NCBI GenBank assembly: GCA_016203305.1
Contig: JACQMY010000027.1
Coordinates: forward strand, 1 to 60,302
Origin: Candidatus Woesearchaeota archaeon
GTDB lineage: Archaea; Nanobdellota; Nanobdellia; Woesearchaeales; ARS49
DNA: 60,302 nt
Reading direction: 5' to 3'
Positions within the stretch are counted from its first letter, which is position 1, and each line of letters begins with the position of its first letter. The position numbers and the translations under genes were made by a program. Below the pieces are notes generated by a model. It saw only the letters and a program-made list of their open reading frames with translations, did no database searches and was not told where the DNA came from. Of this stretch, positions 23,967-32,105 are shown piece by piece.

Positions 23967-25127
23967 TCATTCCGCCTTGATGGTAAGTTTGACGATGTTG
24001 AGCTCGGTGAATGGTTTGATTTCTACGTAGTTGTTTCCTTCTCTGACGAGTGTGGTGATGTCTTTTTCGTATTCTGGGTCTATTTGGTTGATTGCGTCAA
24101 ACTTTCCGTTTACGTTGAGTTGTGCTTGTTTTTTCTCTCCGTCGTCTACGAATTCCATGCGGAGTATGACTCTGAAATCTCTGTCTAGGATGTCGTCATA
24201 TAGTTCGCTTTTTAGTGTGAAATAGTCTATGTAGCTTTTGACTGGTTTCAGGATGGTGCGTACTCTGATGTTTTCAAATCTGTAACTTCCCTTGGTGATT
24301 TTGAAAGTGAGTGTGTTTTTGCTTTCTCTTAGGTCTTCTTTGTACAGGTCTTGTCTGTTTATGCTGTCGCAGCTTGGTGTTGAGCTGTAGACTGCTTTTC
24401 CGTTTAGTTCTATGGTGACTGGTCCTACGTCTTGTTGTTCGCATATTGCGTAGAAGTCTAGGAATGCGTTGTCTAGATGGTCTTTTTCGCTTTCTGATAT
24501 TGTGAATGTGCTGCTGCTTGTTTGTCGTTCTGTTTCAACTAGCTCGCCTACTACTTTGATGTCTGTTAGTGCGTATTTTTTCTTGCTGAAGAATCCTCCT
24601 GTGACGCTGAATTCTAGTTGGTTTGTGCTTCTCAGTAATTGTTTTGGTAGTATTACTGGTGGCGGATTCTGTACTGGTATGTATCCTTGGAATATTGGTT
24701 GTCCGTTTAGTGTTATTATTAGTTCTCCTGCGCGTTCTAGTGTTTGGAAGCTTAGCATGATGTTTTCTGTTTTTTCTGGCTCGTGTAGCGTGAAGGTCAT
24801 TGTTTTTTGTTGTCCGCTGAACCATCCTGTTGAGACTGTGAATGGGTTTTCTTGTGCCAGGACTGCTGCTTGTTTGCTTTCTGCTAGGTAGATGTTGGCT
24901 AGTTCGTGGTCGTTTACTGCTCTTTCTGTGAATTCTAGTCTTCCTGGTGATTCGTCAAGCAGTATGCGTTCTTCGAGTGAGGTTGCATTTTCTCCTTCTA
25001 GGAGTGCTCGTCTTTCTTCTGCCGGCAGAAATAGTATGTATCCGATGAAGAGTAGTGTTATGATGCCGATGAGTGCTACTGCTGGACTTCCGCTTTGGAT
25101 TGGGCTCTTGCCGCGCTTATTCATCAT
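23967..25127 (-). CDS. N-terminally anchored secreted protein (possible class III signal peptide)
   Basis: MMNKRGKSPIQSGSPAVALIGIITLLFIGYILF. It has the same MNKRG start as pilin-like genes at 50894 and 55126. It is the first gene of the minus-strand operon. Confidence 0.7.
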   Translation of the reverse strand: MMNKRGKSPIQSGSPAVALIGIITLLFIGYILFLPAEERRALLEGENATSLEERILLDESPGRLEFTERAVNDHELANIYLAESKQAAVLAQENPFTVSTGWFSGQQKTMTFTLHEPEKTENIMLSFQTLERAGELIITLNGQPIFQGYIPVQNPPPVILPKQLLRSTNQLEFSVTGGFFSKKKYALTDIKVVGELVETERQTSSSTFTISESEKDHLDNAFLDFYAICEQQDVGPVTIELNGKAVYSSTPSCDSINRQDLYKEDLRESKNTLTFKITKGSYRFENIRVRTILKPVKSYIDYFTLKSELYDDILDRDFRVILRMEFVDDGEKKQAQLNVNGKFDAINQIDPEYEKDITTLVREGNNYVEIKPFTELNIVKLTIKAE

Positions 25128-25196
25128 TCACCTTTTTTAAGATGGTGCTTCTTCAGAGCGAATAGTATTTAAATGTTTTTACCTGTCAGTATGCTG

Positions 25197-25262
25197 AGTT
25201 AGTAGTGTGTAGTCAGTAGTTAGTAGATTTCTACAAACCACACACTACAAACTACACACTAA
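25197..25262 (+). repeat. heptad array with inverted arm
   Basis: gttagtagtgtgtagtcagtagttagtag, then ctacaaaccacacactacaaactacacacta. Lies in a divergent promoter region. Confidence 0.8.
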
Positions 25263-25263
25263 T

Positions 25264-26307
25264 ATGAAAATATTGGAGAAGAACTTGAGGCAGGGGGAGG
25301 TCAAGGTACTTGTTGAGTCTCCTGAGGATGTTTGGTTTTTGTCTCAGCTGATTGACTCGGGAGATATAATTAAGGGTAAAACTTTTCGTAAGATGAAGGT
25401 TTCTGAGGAGGCTGATGCGACTAAGCGTGCTGTTTTCATGGCTGTGCGTGCTGAGAAGGTTGAATACTTGCCTGGTATGTTGAGGATTAATGGCAAGGTT
25501 GTTGATGGTCCTGAGGATGTTGCAAGGGGCAGCTATCATACTTTTGCTGTTGAGCAGGGCTTGTCTTTTTCTATTGTTAAGGAGCATTGGCTTGGCTTTC
25601 AGTTGGATCGTTTGCAGGAGGCTGCAGAGCAGCGAAAGGCGAAAATTTTGATTTGTGTTTTTGATCGTGAGGAGGCGTTTTTTGCTTTGTTGAAGGCTTC
25701 CGGTGTTGAGCTGCTCTCACACATTCAGGGTGATGTTGAGCGGAAGCGTGTTCAGACTTCTTCAAAAGTTAATTTTTTTGAACAGGTTGTCAAGCAGATT
25801 CAAGATTATGATGTTCGTTTTGAGTGTGATGCTGTTGTTGTGGCGTCTCCTGCTTTTTGGAAGGAGGAATTGTTGAAGGTTGTCAAGGATGACAAGTTGA
25901 GGAGGAAGCTTGTTCTTGCTTCTTGTTCTTCTGTTGATGAGGGCGCTATTGATGAGGTGCTTAAACGAGACGAGGTGCGTTCTGCTTTGCGGCAGGAGCG
26001 TACTTCGCGTGAGATGCTTTTGGTCGACCAGGTGTTGGGCGAGATTGCAAAAAAGGGTCCTGTTGTTTATGGTTTAAAACAGACAGAGACTGCTGCGTCT
26101 GCTGGCGCGATTTCTACTTTGCTCGTTACCGACAGTTTGATTTCTAAGCTTCGGGAACGGAATGAGTTTGCTCAGGTTGATGCTATAATGCGCCTGGTTG
26201 ACAGGCAGAAGGGGAAGGTTGTTATTGTTTCTCATGAGCATGCTGGTGGCAAGCGTCTTGATGGCTTGGGCGGCATTGCTGCTTTGTTGCGTTACCGTCT
26301 TGAATAG
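25264..26307 (+). CDS. pelA: Pelota (Dom34 homolog, mRNA surveillance)
   Basis: MKILEKNLRQGEVKVLVESPEDVWFLSQLI..., with three eRF1-like domains. 347 aa. Confidence 0.9.
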   Translation: MKILEKNLRQGEVKVLVESPEDVWFLSQLIDSGDIIKGKTFRKMKVSEEADATKRAVFMAVRAEKVEYLPGMLRINGKVVDGPEDVARGSYHTFAVEQGLSFSIVKEHWLGFQLDRLQEAAEQRKAKILICVFDREEAFFALLKASGVELLSHIQGDVERKRVQTSSKVNFFEQVVKQIQDYDVRFECDAVVVASPAFWKEELLKVVKDDKLRRKLVLASCSSVDEGAIDEVLKRDEVRSALRQERTSREMLLVDQVLGEIAKKGPVVYGLKQTETAASAGAISTLLVTDSLISKLRERNEFAQVDAIMRLVDRQKGKVVIVSHEHAGGKRLDGLGGIAALLRYRLE

Positions 26308-26464
26308 CAACCTACAAACTACCTTCGTCCTTCTTCCTTCCGCCTTCGTCCTAATACCTACAACCTTCCTCCTTCACCCTTCGTCCTAATACCTTCTCCC
26401 TTCATCCTACAACCTAATACCTTCAAACTACACACTACTAACTACTAACTACAAACAACTAACC
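26308..26464 (+). repeat. heptad array (20 units in perfect register from 26322)
   Basis: ccttcgt|ccttctt|ccttccg|ccttcgt|cctaata|cctacaa|ccttcct|ccttcac|ccttcgt|cctaata|ccttctc|ccttcat|cctacaa|cctaata|ccttcaa|actacac|actacta|actacta|actacaa|acaacta. Confidence 0.92.
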
Positions 26465-26504
26465 ATGAAGAACGCATCAAAATGACGATGTTTGAGTTGC
26501 TAAA

Positions 26505-26704
26505 TGTTTAAATAACACTGGGCGTTGTTAAAAATCTAACTCCGGAGTAGTAATTCCCCGCTGGAGTTGCGTGCAATGATGGGTTCACCAACAGGTGGGA
26601 ACCAAAAAGTTTTAATACCTGATTGGTTACCTCATGCGAATAACAAAAACGTGTTACGGAAATGTCGGAGTGACGTTTCCGTCGTGAAAAAGGGGGGAGG
26701 GTAA
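26505..26704 (+). promoter_or_regulatory. TATA box plus about 160-nt structured leader (three hairpins) upstream of the TrmB paralog 2 gene
   Basis: TATA tgtttaaataa (26505-26515). Hairpins at 26538-26568 (aactccgg/ctggagtt), 26581-26603 (ggttcacc/ggtgggaacc) and 26657-26681 (cggaaatgtc/gacgtttccg with one G-U pair). SD ggggggaggg at 26692-26701. Confidence 0.35.
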
Positions 26705-27511
26705 ATGATAGTCAAAGATGATTTTTTGAGTAAGCTGCGCCGGTATTTTGTTTTGAACTTGTATGAAGTGAAGATTTGGACTGCGTTGTTGTCACGAGGC
26801 GTGGCAACAGCAGGCGAGTTGTCTGATATTGCGAACGTTCCTCGCAGTAGGAGTTATGATGTTCTTGAAAGTTTGGAAAGAAAGGGCTTTGTCATTATGA
26901 AGTTGGGCAAGCCGATTAAATACATCGCCGTTCCTCCGCAGGAAGTTTTGGAGCGTGTGAAGAAGAATTTGAGCGAGGAAGCTTCCGAGCGTGTCAAGCG
27001 TTTGGAAGAGCTGAAGACAACTGATGTGCTTGAAGAGCTTAACTCTTTGCACACGCAGGGTATTGAGTTGGTCGAGCCTTCTGAGCTGTCTGGCAGTTTG
27101 CGTGGCCGTCATAATTTGTACTCGCATTTGGAGCTTGCCATTCGTAATGCTCAGCAGAGTGTTACGTTGATGACAACTTCTCAGGGCTTGTTGCGTAAGG
27201 TTGAGGGTTTCAAGCCATTGTTTGAGAAGTTGAAGAAGCGTGGCGTGAAGGTTCGCATTGCTGCTCCTTTGACTAAGGACTCCAAGGACGCGATTAAGGA
27301 TCTTGGTGATGTTGCCGAGCTTCGTCATAGCGAGGGCAAGGCGCGTTTCTGCATCGTTGATGGCAAGGAGCTTGTCTTCATGATTATGGACGATGCTAAT
27401 GTGCACCCGACTTATGATGTTGGCATTTGGGTTAACACGCCGTTTTTCGCGTCTGCATTGGAGAACATGTTCAATGTTGCGTGGAAGTCTATGAAGCCAG
27501 CAGGCAAGTAG
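26705..27511 (+). CDS. TrmB-family transcriptional regulator (paralog 2)
   Basis: A 63-aa stretch (WTALLSRG...LERVKK) is identical to the protein encoded at 184..969. The C-terminal domains have diverged. Confidence 0.88.
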   Translation: MIVKDDFLSKLRRYFVLNLYEVKIWTALLSRGVATAGELSDIANVPRSRSYDVLESLERKGFVIMKLGKPIKYIAVPPQEVLERVKKNLSEEASERVKRLEELKTTDVLEELNSLHTQGIELVEPSELSGSLRGRHNLYSHLELAIRNAQQSVTLMTTSQGLLRKVEGFKPLFEKLKKRGVKVRIAAPLTKDSKDAIKDLGDVAELRHSEGKARFCIVDGKELVFMIMDDANVHPTYDVGIWVNTPFFASALENMFNVAWKSMKPAGK

Positions 27512-27521
27512 TGCTTTTTTT

Positions 27522-29045
27522 ATGGACCTCAAAAAATTAGCGCAGAGTTTGCACTTGTATGAACGGCGGGTGTTGCCGGAGATCGAGCAACACCCATTCG
27601 TGTCTGCGTTGTCTCAAGCCTCTGGTTTGAAGGAGGTCGAGGTGACGCGTGCTCTGCAGTGGTTGGAGAACAAGAAGCTTATTCGCGTGTCTGTTGAGCC
27701 TCGTGATGTTGTTTTCTTGGATAAGAATGGTTCTAAGTATGCAAGGGAGGGATTGCCTGAGCGTAAGTTTTTGCAGGCTGTTCAGGTTAAGGAAATGCCT
27801 GTTGGCAGGCTTGCTGAGAAGACTGGTCTTTCTTCTGAGGAGGTTAATGTTTGTATCGGCTTGTTGCGCCAGAAGGCTGCTATTGTTTTGTTGAAGGATA
27901 AGGAGTTGAAGGTTAAGCTTGCCGAGCATGGTGCTCATGTTTTGAAGAATGACTTTCCTGAGGAGCGTTTTTTGAGGCGTGATTTTCCTGTTGATGTTTC
28001 TGCTTTGTCTAAGGAGGAGCGCGCGATTGTTGACCAGTTGCGTCGTAGGAAGCAGATAATTCGTGTCGATGCTGAGCGTGTTAAGAAGGCGTTGTTGACT
28101 GATCTGGGTAAAAAGTTGGTGGATCTTGGCGTGCGTGATGAGAATGTTATTGACGCTCTTTCTCCTCAGGTTCTTTCTTCTGGTTCTTGGAAGAGTAAGC
28201 AGTTTCGTCGTTATGATGTTATGAGTGGGGTTCCTCAGGTTTCTGGTGGTAAGAAGCAGCCTTATCGTGCTTTTTTGGATGTCGTTAGGCAGAAGTTTGT
28301 TTCTCTTGGCTTTAAGGAGATGTCTGGTCCTTTGGTTGAGACTGATTTTTGGTGTATGGATGCTTTGTTCATGCCTCAGTTTCATAGTGCTCGTGACATT
28401 CATGATGCTTATTTTGTGAAGGAGCCGAAGTCTGGCAAGCTTGATGAGCGTTTGGTGCAGCGTGTTAAGGATGCTCACGAGCGTGGTGGTTCTACTGGCT
28501 CGCGCGGCTGGGGCTATGAGTTTGATGTTGATCGCACTCACCGTCATTTGTTGAGGACGCAAGGCACTGCTTGTAGCGCGCGTATGCTTGCTTCGAAGGA
28601 CTTGCGTATTCCTGGCAGGTATTTTGGTATTAGTCGTGCTTTCCGTTATGATGTTATTGATGCTACTCATTTGCCTGATTTTAATCAGGTTGAAGGCATT
28701 GTTATTGAGGAGGGTATGACGTTTCGTCACTTGATTGGTTTGCTTAAGTTGTTTGCAAAGGAGTTTGCTGATGCTGAGGAAGTGCGTTTGGTGCCTGGTT
28801 ATTTTCCGTTTACTGAGCCGAGTGTGGAATTGTATGCAAAGCATCCGCAGCTTGGTTGGATTGAGTTGGGTGGTGCTGGCATGTTCCGTCCTGAGGTTGT
28901 TGTTCCTTTGCTTGGGAAGTATGTTCCTGTTTGTGCGTGGGGTCTTGGTATTGATCGTTTGGGCATGTTTAAGCTTGGTTTGAAGGATATTCGTAATTTG
29001 TTTTCGCACGACTTGGCGTTTTTGCGCCAGTCGAAGGTGATGTGA
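27522..29045 (+). CDS. pheS: phenylalanine--tRNA ligase alpha subunit
   Basis: Class II aaRS motifs (FRPEVV, GLGIDRL). Archaeal-type long N-terminal wHTH repeats. Confidence 0.93.
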   Translation: MDLKKLAQSLHLYERRVLPEIEQHPFVSALSQASGLKEVEVTRALQWLENKKLIRVSVEPRDVVFLDKNGSKYAREGLPERKFLQAVQVKEMPVGRLAEKTGLSSEEVNVCIGLLRQKAAIVLLKDKELKVKLAEHGAHVLKNDFPEERFLRRDFPVDVSALSKEERAIVDQLRRRKQIIRVDAERVKKALLTDLGKKLVDLGVRDENVIDALSPQVLSSGSWKSKQFRRYDVMSGVPQVSGGKKQPYRAFLDVVRQKFVSLGFKEMSGPLVETDFWCMDALFMPQFHSARDIHDAYFVKEPKSGKLDERLVQRVKDAHERGGSTGSRGWGYEFDVDRTHRHLLRTQGTACSARMLASKDLRIPGRYFGISRAFRYDVIDATHLPDFNQVEGIVIEEGMTFRHLIGLLKLFAKEFADAEEVRLVPGYFPFTEPSVELYAKHPQLGWIELGGAGMFRPEVVVPLLGKYVPVCAWGLGIDRLGMFKLGLKDIRNLFSHDLAFLRQSKVM

Positions 29046-30679
29046 TGCCGAGTATTACTTTTTCAGCTGATGATTTTTGGTCGTTGATTGGCAAGAAGTT
29101 GTCTGAGGATGAGCTTCGTAGGCTTCTTGATTTGGCTAAGGCTGAGTTGGATGCTGCTTTGACGAGCGAGATGACTGTTAAGTTTAATGATACTAACCAG
29201 CCTTATTTGTGGAGTCCTGAGGGTCTTGCTAGGTTTTTCCGTGCTGCTTTGGGCAAGCGCGTGTTGCCTTTGAAATTGCAGAAGTCTGATATTGTTGTGA
29301 ATGTTGATAAGAGCGTTGCTGCTGTTCGTCCGTTTATTGCGTGTTTTCTTGCAAAAGGTCCTGCTCTTTCTGAGTATTTGGTGGCTCAATTGATTCAGTT
29401 GCAGGAAAAATTAGCAGAGAATTTTGGCAGGCAGCGTAAGAAGGTTGGCGCTGGCTTGTTTCCGGCTTCTGGCATGCCGTTTCCTTTGAGTTATAAGGCT
29501 GTTTCTCCGGATGCTGTTTCTTTTGTTCCTCTTGGCATGAAGCAGGAATTGTCGCTTAAGGAGGTTTTGGAGAAGCATCAGAAGGGCAAGGAGTATGCTA
29601 ATTTGTTGAAAGATGCGAAGAAATATCCTTTGGTTCTTAATGGGAAGGGTGAAGTTTTGACTTTCCCGCCAATTATTAACTCAGATATTACTGGGAAAGT
29701 GAAGCCTGGTGATAAGGAGTTGTTGTGCGAGGTTACTGGCACTGATTTTGAGGGTGTTATGTTGGTTTCGACAATTTTCGCTTACGCGTTGTCTGACCGT
29801 GGCTTTGCTATTTATCCTGCTAAGGTCAAGTATGGTTCTAAGTCTTTTGTTACTCCTCGTGTTGATCCTTCTTTGGTGAAGTTTGATCAAAGCTTGGTGA
29901 AGTCTTTGCTTGGCTTGGATCTTTCTTCTATTGAGGTTAAACATCTTTTGGAGCGTGCTCAGTATGTTGTTAAGGGTCCTGGCAAGGTTGAGCTTCCTCC
30001 GTATCGTGCGGATGTCATGCATTCTGTTGATGTTGTTGAGGATGTTGCCATAATGTATGGGTATGGTGATTTCCATGCTTTGCCTTTGACTTCATTTACT
30101 CCTGGTGGTGTTGAGTCTTTGCAGGAGTTTGTTGACTTGTTGCGTGTTTTGTGTGTTGGTTGTGGTTATCAGGAGTTGATGAGTGCTGTTTTGTCTAACA
30201 AGCAAGTATTATATGATAAGATGAACGTGCGTGATTTTGGTACTGTTGAGATTGAGAATATTATGAGTCAGACGTTTTCTTGTGTGCGTACTTGGCTTTT
30301 GCCTGTTTTGATGGACGTTTTGTCTAAGAACCGTCATGTTGATTACCCTCAGAGATTGTTTGAAGAGGGTCTTGTTACTCAGCGTGGGAAGGATGTTGTT
30401 GACGAGCGGCATCTTGCTGTTGTTTCCTGTCATGCTGCTGCTGGTTTTACTGAGATGAGGCAGCTGGTTGAGAGCATTCTTAGATCAGCAGGTGTTTCTT
30501 TCTCGCTTGAGGAGTTTGAGATGGGTTGTTTTATTCCTGGCAGGGCAGCTCGTGTTATGGTTAATGGCAGGGAAGTTGGCTTTTTTGGCGAGGTTCATCC
30601 TGTTGTTTTGGAGAAGTTTGGTTTGTCTATGCCTGTTGCAGGGTGCGAGCTTAATCTTACTTCTTTGCGGCAGCAGTAG
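29045..30679 (+). CDS. pheT: phenylalanine--tRNA ligase beta subunit
   Basis: B3/B4 and B5 domains (MPSITFSADDFWSLIGKKLSEDEL...). TGATG overlap with pheS. Confidence 0.92.
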   Translation: MPSITFSADDFWSLIGKKLSEDELRRLLDLAKAELDAALTSEMTVKFNDTNQPYLWSPEGLARFFRAALGKRVLPLKLQKSDIVVNVDKSVAAVRPFIACFLAKGPALSEYLVAQLIQLQEKLAENFGRQRKKVGAGLFPASGMPFPLSYKAVSPDAVSFVPLGMKQELSLKEVLEKHQKGKEYANLLKDAKKYPLVLNGKGEVLTFPPIINSDITGKVKPGDKELLCEVTGTDFEGVMLVSTIFAYALSDRGFAIYPAKVKYGSKSFVTPRVDPSLVKFDQSLVKSLLGLDLSSIEVKHLLERAQYVVKGPGKVELPPYRADVMHSVDVVEDVAIMYGYGDFHALPLTSFTPGGVESLQEFVDLLRVLCVGCGYQELMSAVLSNKQVLYDKMNVRDFGTVEIENIMSQTFSCVRTWLLPVLMDVLSKNRHVDYPQRLFEEGLVTQRGKDVVDERHLAVVSCHAAAGFTEMRQLVESILRSAGVSFSLEEFEMGCFIPGRAARVMVNGREVGFFGEVHPVVLEKFGLSMPVAGCELNLTSLRQQ

Positions 30680-30965
30680 TTTTTTCTGCCGGTTTTTTCG
30701 CTGGTGCTTTCTGAGTCTTTGGTGTCGTGCGTACTTTTGCCACGCGTGCTTTGATGCCTAGTGCGTTGCAGACTGTTTCGTGGCTTGCTCCTTTTGTTAC
30801 TTCTAGTGTTTGTGGGAGCATTTCTAGGTGTGCTATGTTGCACTTTTTTCTGCGTGTTTCGCCGTCTATGAGTACGTTTTTTTCGTCTAGAATGTCTATG
30901 ATGACGCATTTTTTTCCTGCGTCTCTTCCTGCTATTTTCACGCAAACTCTTCCTATTTCTATCAT
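30657..30965 (-). CDS. rpl14e: 50S ribosomal protein L14e
   Basis: KOW-like IEIGRVCVKIAGRDAGKKCVIIDILD with a Lys/Ala-rich tail. The 3' end overlaps the pheT 3' end (convergent). Confidence 0.8.
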   Translation of the reverse strand: MIEIGRVCVKIAGRDAGKKCVIIDILDEKNVLIDGETRRKKCNIAHLEMLPQTLEVTKGASHETVCNALGIKARVAKVRTTPKTQKAPAKKPAEKTTAAAKK

Positions 30966-31002
30966 GTTTTTTCCTCTCCTCGTGTGTAAGTCGTCACCGT
31001 GC

Positions 31003-31290
31003 TTACTGGAGGTGTGATCGTGCTTTGGCTATTATTGTGCGTCTTGTGCATGGGCTGCAGAGCATTCCGCCATATGGTCTTTCTGGTCGTCTGCTGCTTT
31101 TTGCGAGCTTGCGTACTTGTGTTTTTGTTCCGCGTGCCACTCCTGGAAGTACTCCTCCGCATTGCGCGCATTGTGGTGCTGCGTTTTTTCTCCTTCTGTA
31201 GTGGAGGGTTGTTCCTGAGGGTGTGCGTACGAATACGCGCCTCATTGTTCGTGATCGGTATCTTGGCTGCACCATAGTCGGGTGGCGCAA
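31003..31290 (-). CDS. rpl34e: 50S ribosomal protein L34e
   Basis: RYRSRTMRRVFVRTPSG...CAQCG...RPYGGMLCSPC. The true start may be M6 (31275), because the TATA tttataaata (reverse complement of 31288-31297) overlaps the first codons. Confidence 0.85.
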   Translation of the reverse strand: MRHPTMVQPRYRSRTMRRVFVRTPSGTTLHYRRRKNAAPQCAQCGGVLPGVARGTKTQVRKLAKSSRRPERPYGGMLCSPCTRRTIIAKARSHLQ

Positions 31291-31298
31291 GGGGGTAT

Positions 31299-32105
31299 TT
31301 ATAAAGGTTGCGGCCTCGGGGGTCGAGGGGGACGGGGGTTAAGTCCCCCTCGCGCGTAATCTCTGCTGTTTGCAAGGTTTTCTGGAGCGTGGCCAACGAA
31401 TGTTCGAATGTCGCATTGTTTGGCCTGTTTTCTCAACTGTTCAACTTCTTCCGTTCTTAGTTTTCTCCAGGTTCCTTTGGCTAGCGTGCTTAGTGCTAGG
31501 CTTGCTATTTTTGTTCTTACTAGCCTGTTTACGTGGTATCCTAGTGATAGGAACAGTTCTCTTACTATGTGTTTTCTTCCTTCGTGTATTGTTATTGTTG
31601 CGCTTTTTCCGCTTGTTGTTATGTTGTGTATTGTTACTGCCTTGCCGTCTATTGGCACTCCTTCTGTGATTTTTTCTATGTCTTTTATTGTGAGTGGCTT
31701 GTCGAGTGTTGCTCTGTATTCTTTGTGTATGTTGTATCTTGGGTGTGTTAGTTGGTTTGCAAAGTTTCCGTCGTTTGTGAACAGCAATAGTCCTTCTGTG
31801 TTTTTGTCTAGTCTTCCTATTGGGTAGATTTTTGGTTTTCTGGGCACTAGTTGCATTACGGTTTTCATGTCATGTGTTTCGTGTGTTGTTGTTACGTATC
31901 CTGTTGGCTTGTTGAGCATGATGTATGTTTTTTCTTCTAGTGCAATTGGTTTTCCGTCGATTAGTATCTTGTCTGTTTGTTCTGCGTTGTCTCCTAGTTT
32001 TACGATTTTTCCGTTTACTGTTACTCTTCCTTCTTTGATTAACTCTTCTGCTTTTCTTCGTGATGCTATTCCTGCTGCTGACATTATTTTTTGTATTCGT
32101 TCCAT
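31299..32105 (-). CDS. RsuA/RluB-family pseudouridine synthase with S4 domain
   Basis: S4: IASRRKAEELIKEGRVTVNG. Catalytic GRLDKNTEGLLLFTNDG. Pro/Arg-rich tail. A 9-bp GC hairpin (31325-31351) lies within the tail-coding region. Confidence 0.85.
   Translation of the reverse strand: MERIQKIMSAAGIASRRKAEELIKEGRVTVNGKIVKLGDNAEQTDKILIDGKPIALEEKTYIMLNKPTGYVTTTHETHDMKTVMQLVPRKPKIYPIGRLDKNTEGLLLFTNDGNFANQLTHPRYNIHKEYRATLDKPLTIKDIEKITEGVPIDGKAVTIHNITTSGKSATITIHEGRKHIVRELFLSLGYHVNRLVRTKIASLALSTLAKGTWRKLRTEEVEQLRKQAKQCDIRTFVGHAPENLANSRDYARGGLNPRPPRPPRPQPL

Noticed and set aside
27537-29009. Very long antisense ORFs: 27537..29009 (490 aa), 17381..18574 (397 aa), 52160..53158, 56585..57583, 14938..15750, 35060..35752, 46327..47016, 47020..47661, 5221..5820, 41163..41864 and 42562..43696.
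   Set aside because: They lie opposite genes with clear homology or strong coding signatures. Their products are low-complexity T/N/R/K/Q/H/P-rich strings. Their length is explained by the T-poor, and therefore stop-poor, complement of the T/G-rich sense strand.
31325-31351. A 9-bp GC-rich hairpin (gagggggac/gtccccctc) between the pseudouridine synthase and L34e genes was considered as a terminator or ncRNA.
   Set aside because: It lies within the Pro/Arg-rich tail-coding part of 31299..32105. On its own it is insufficient evidence for a separate feature, so it is noted only in that gene's evidence.
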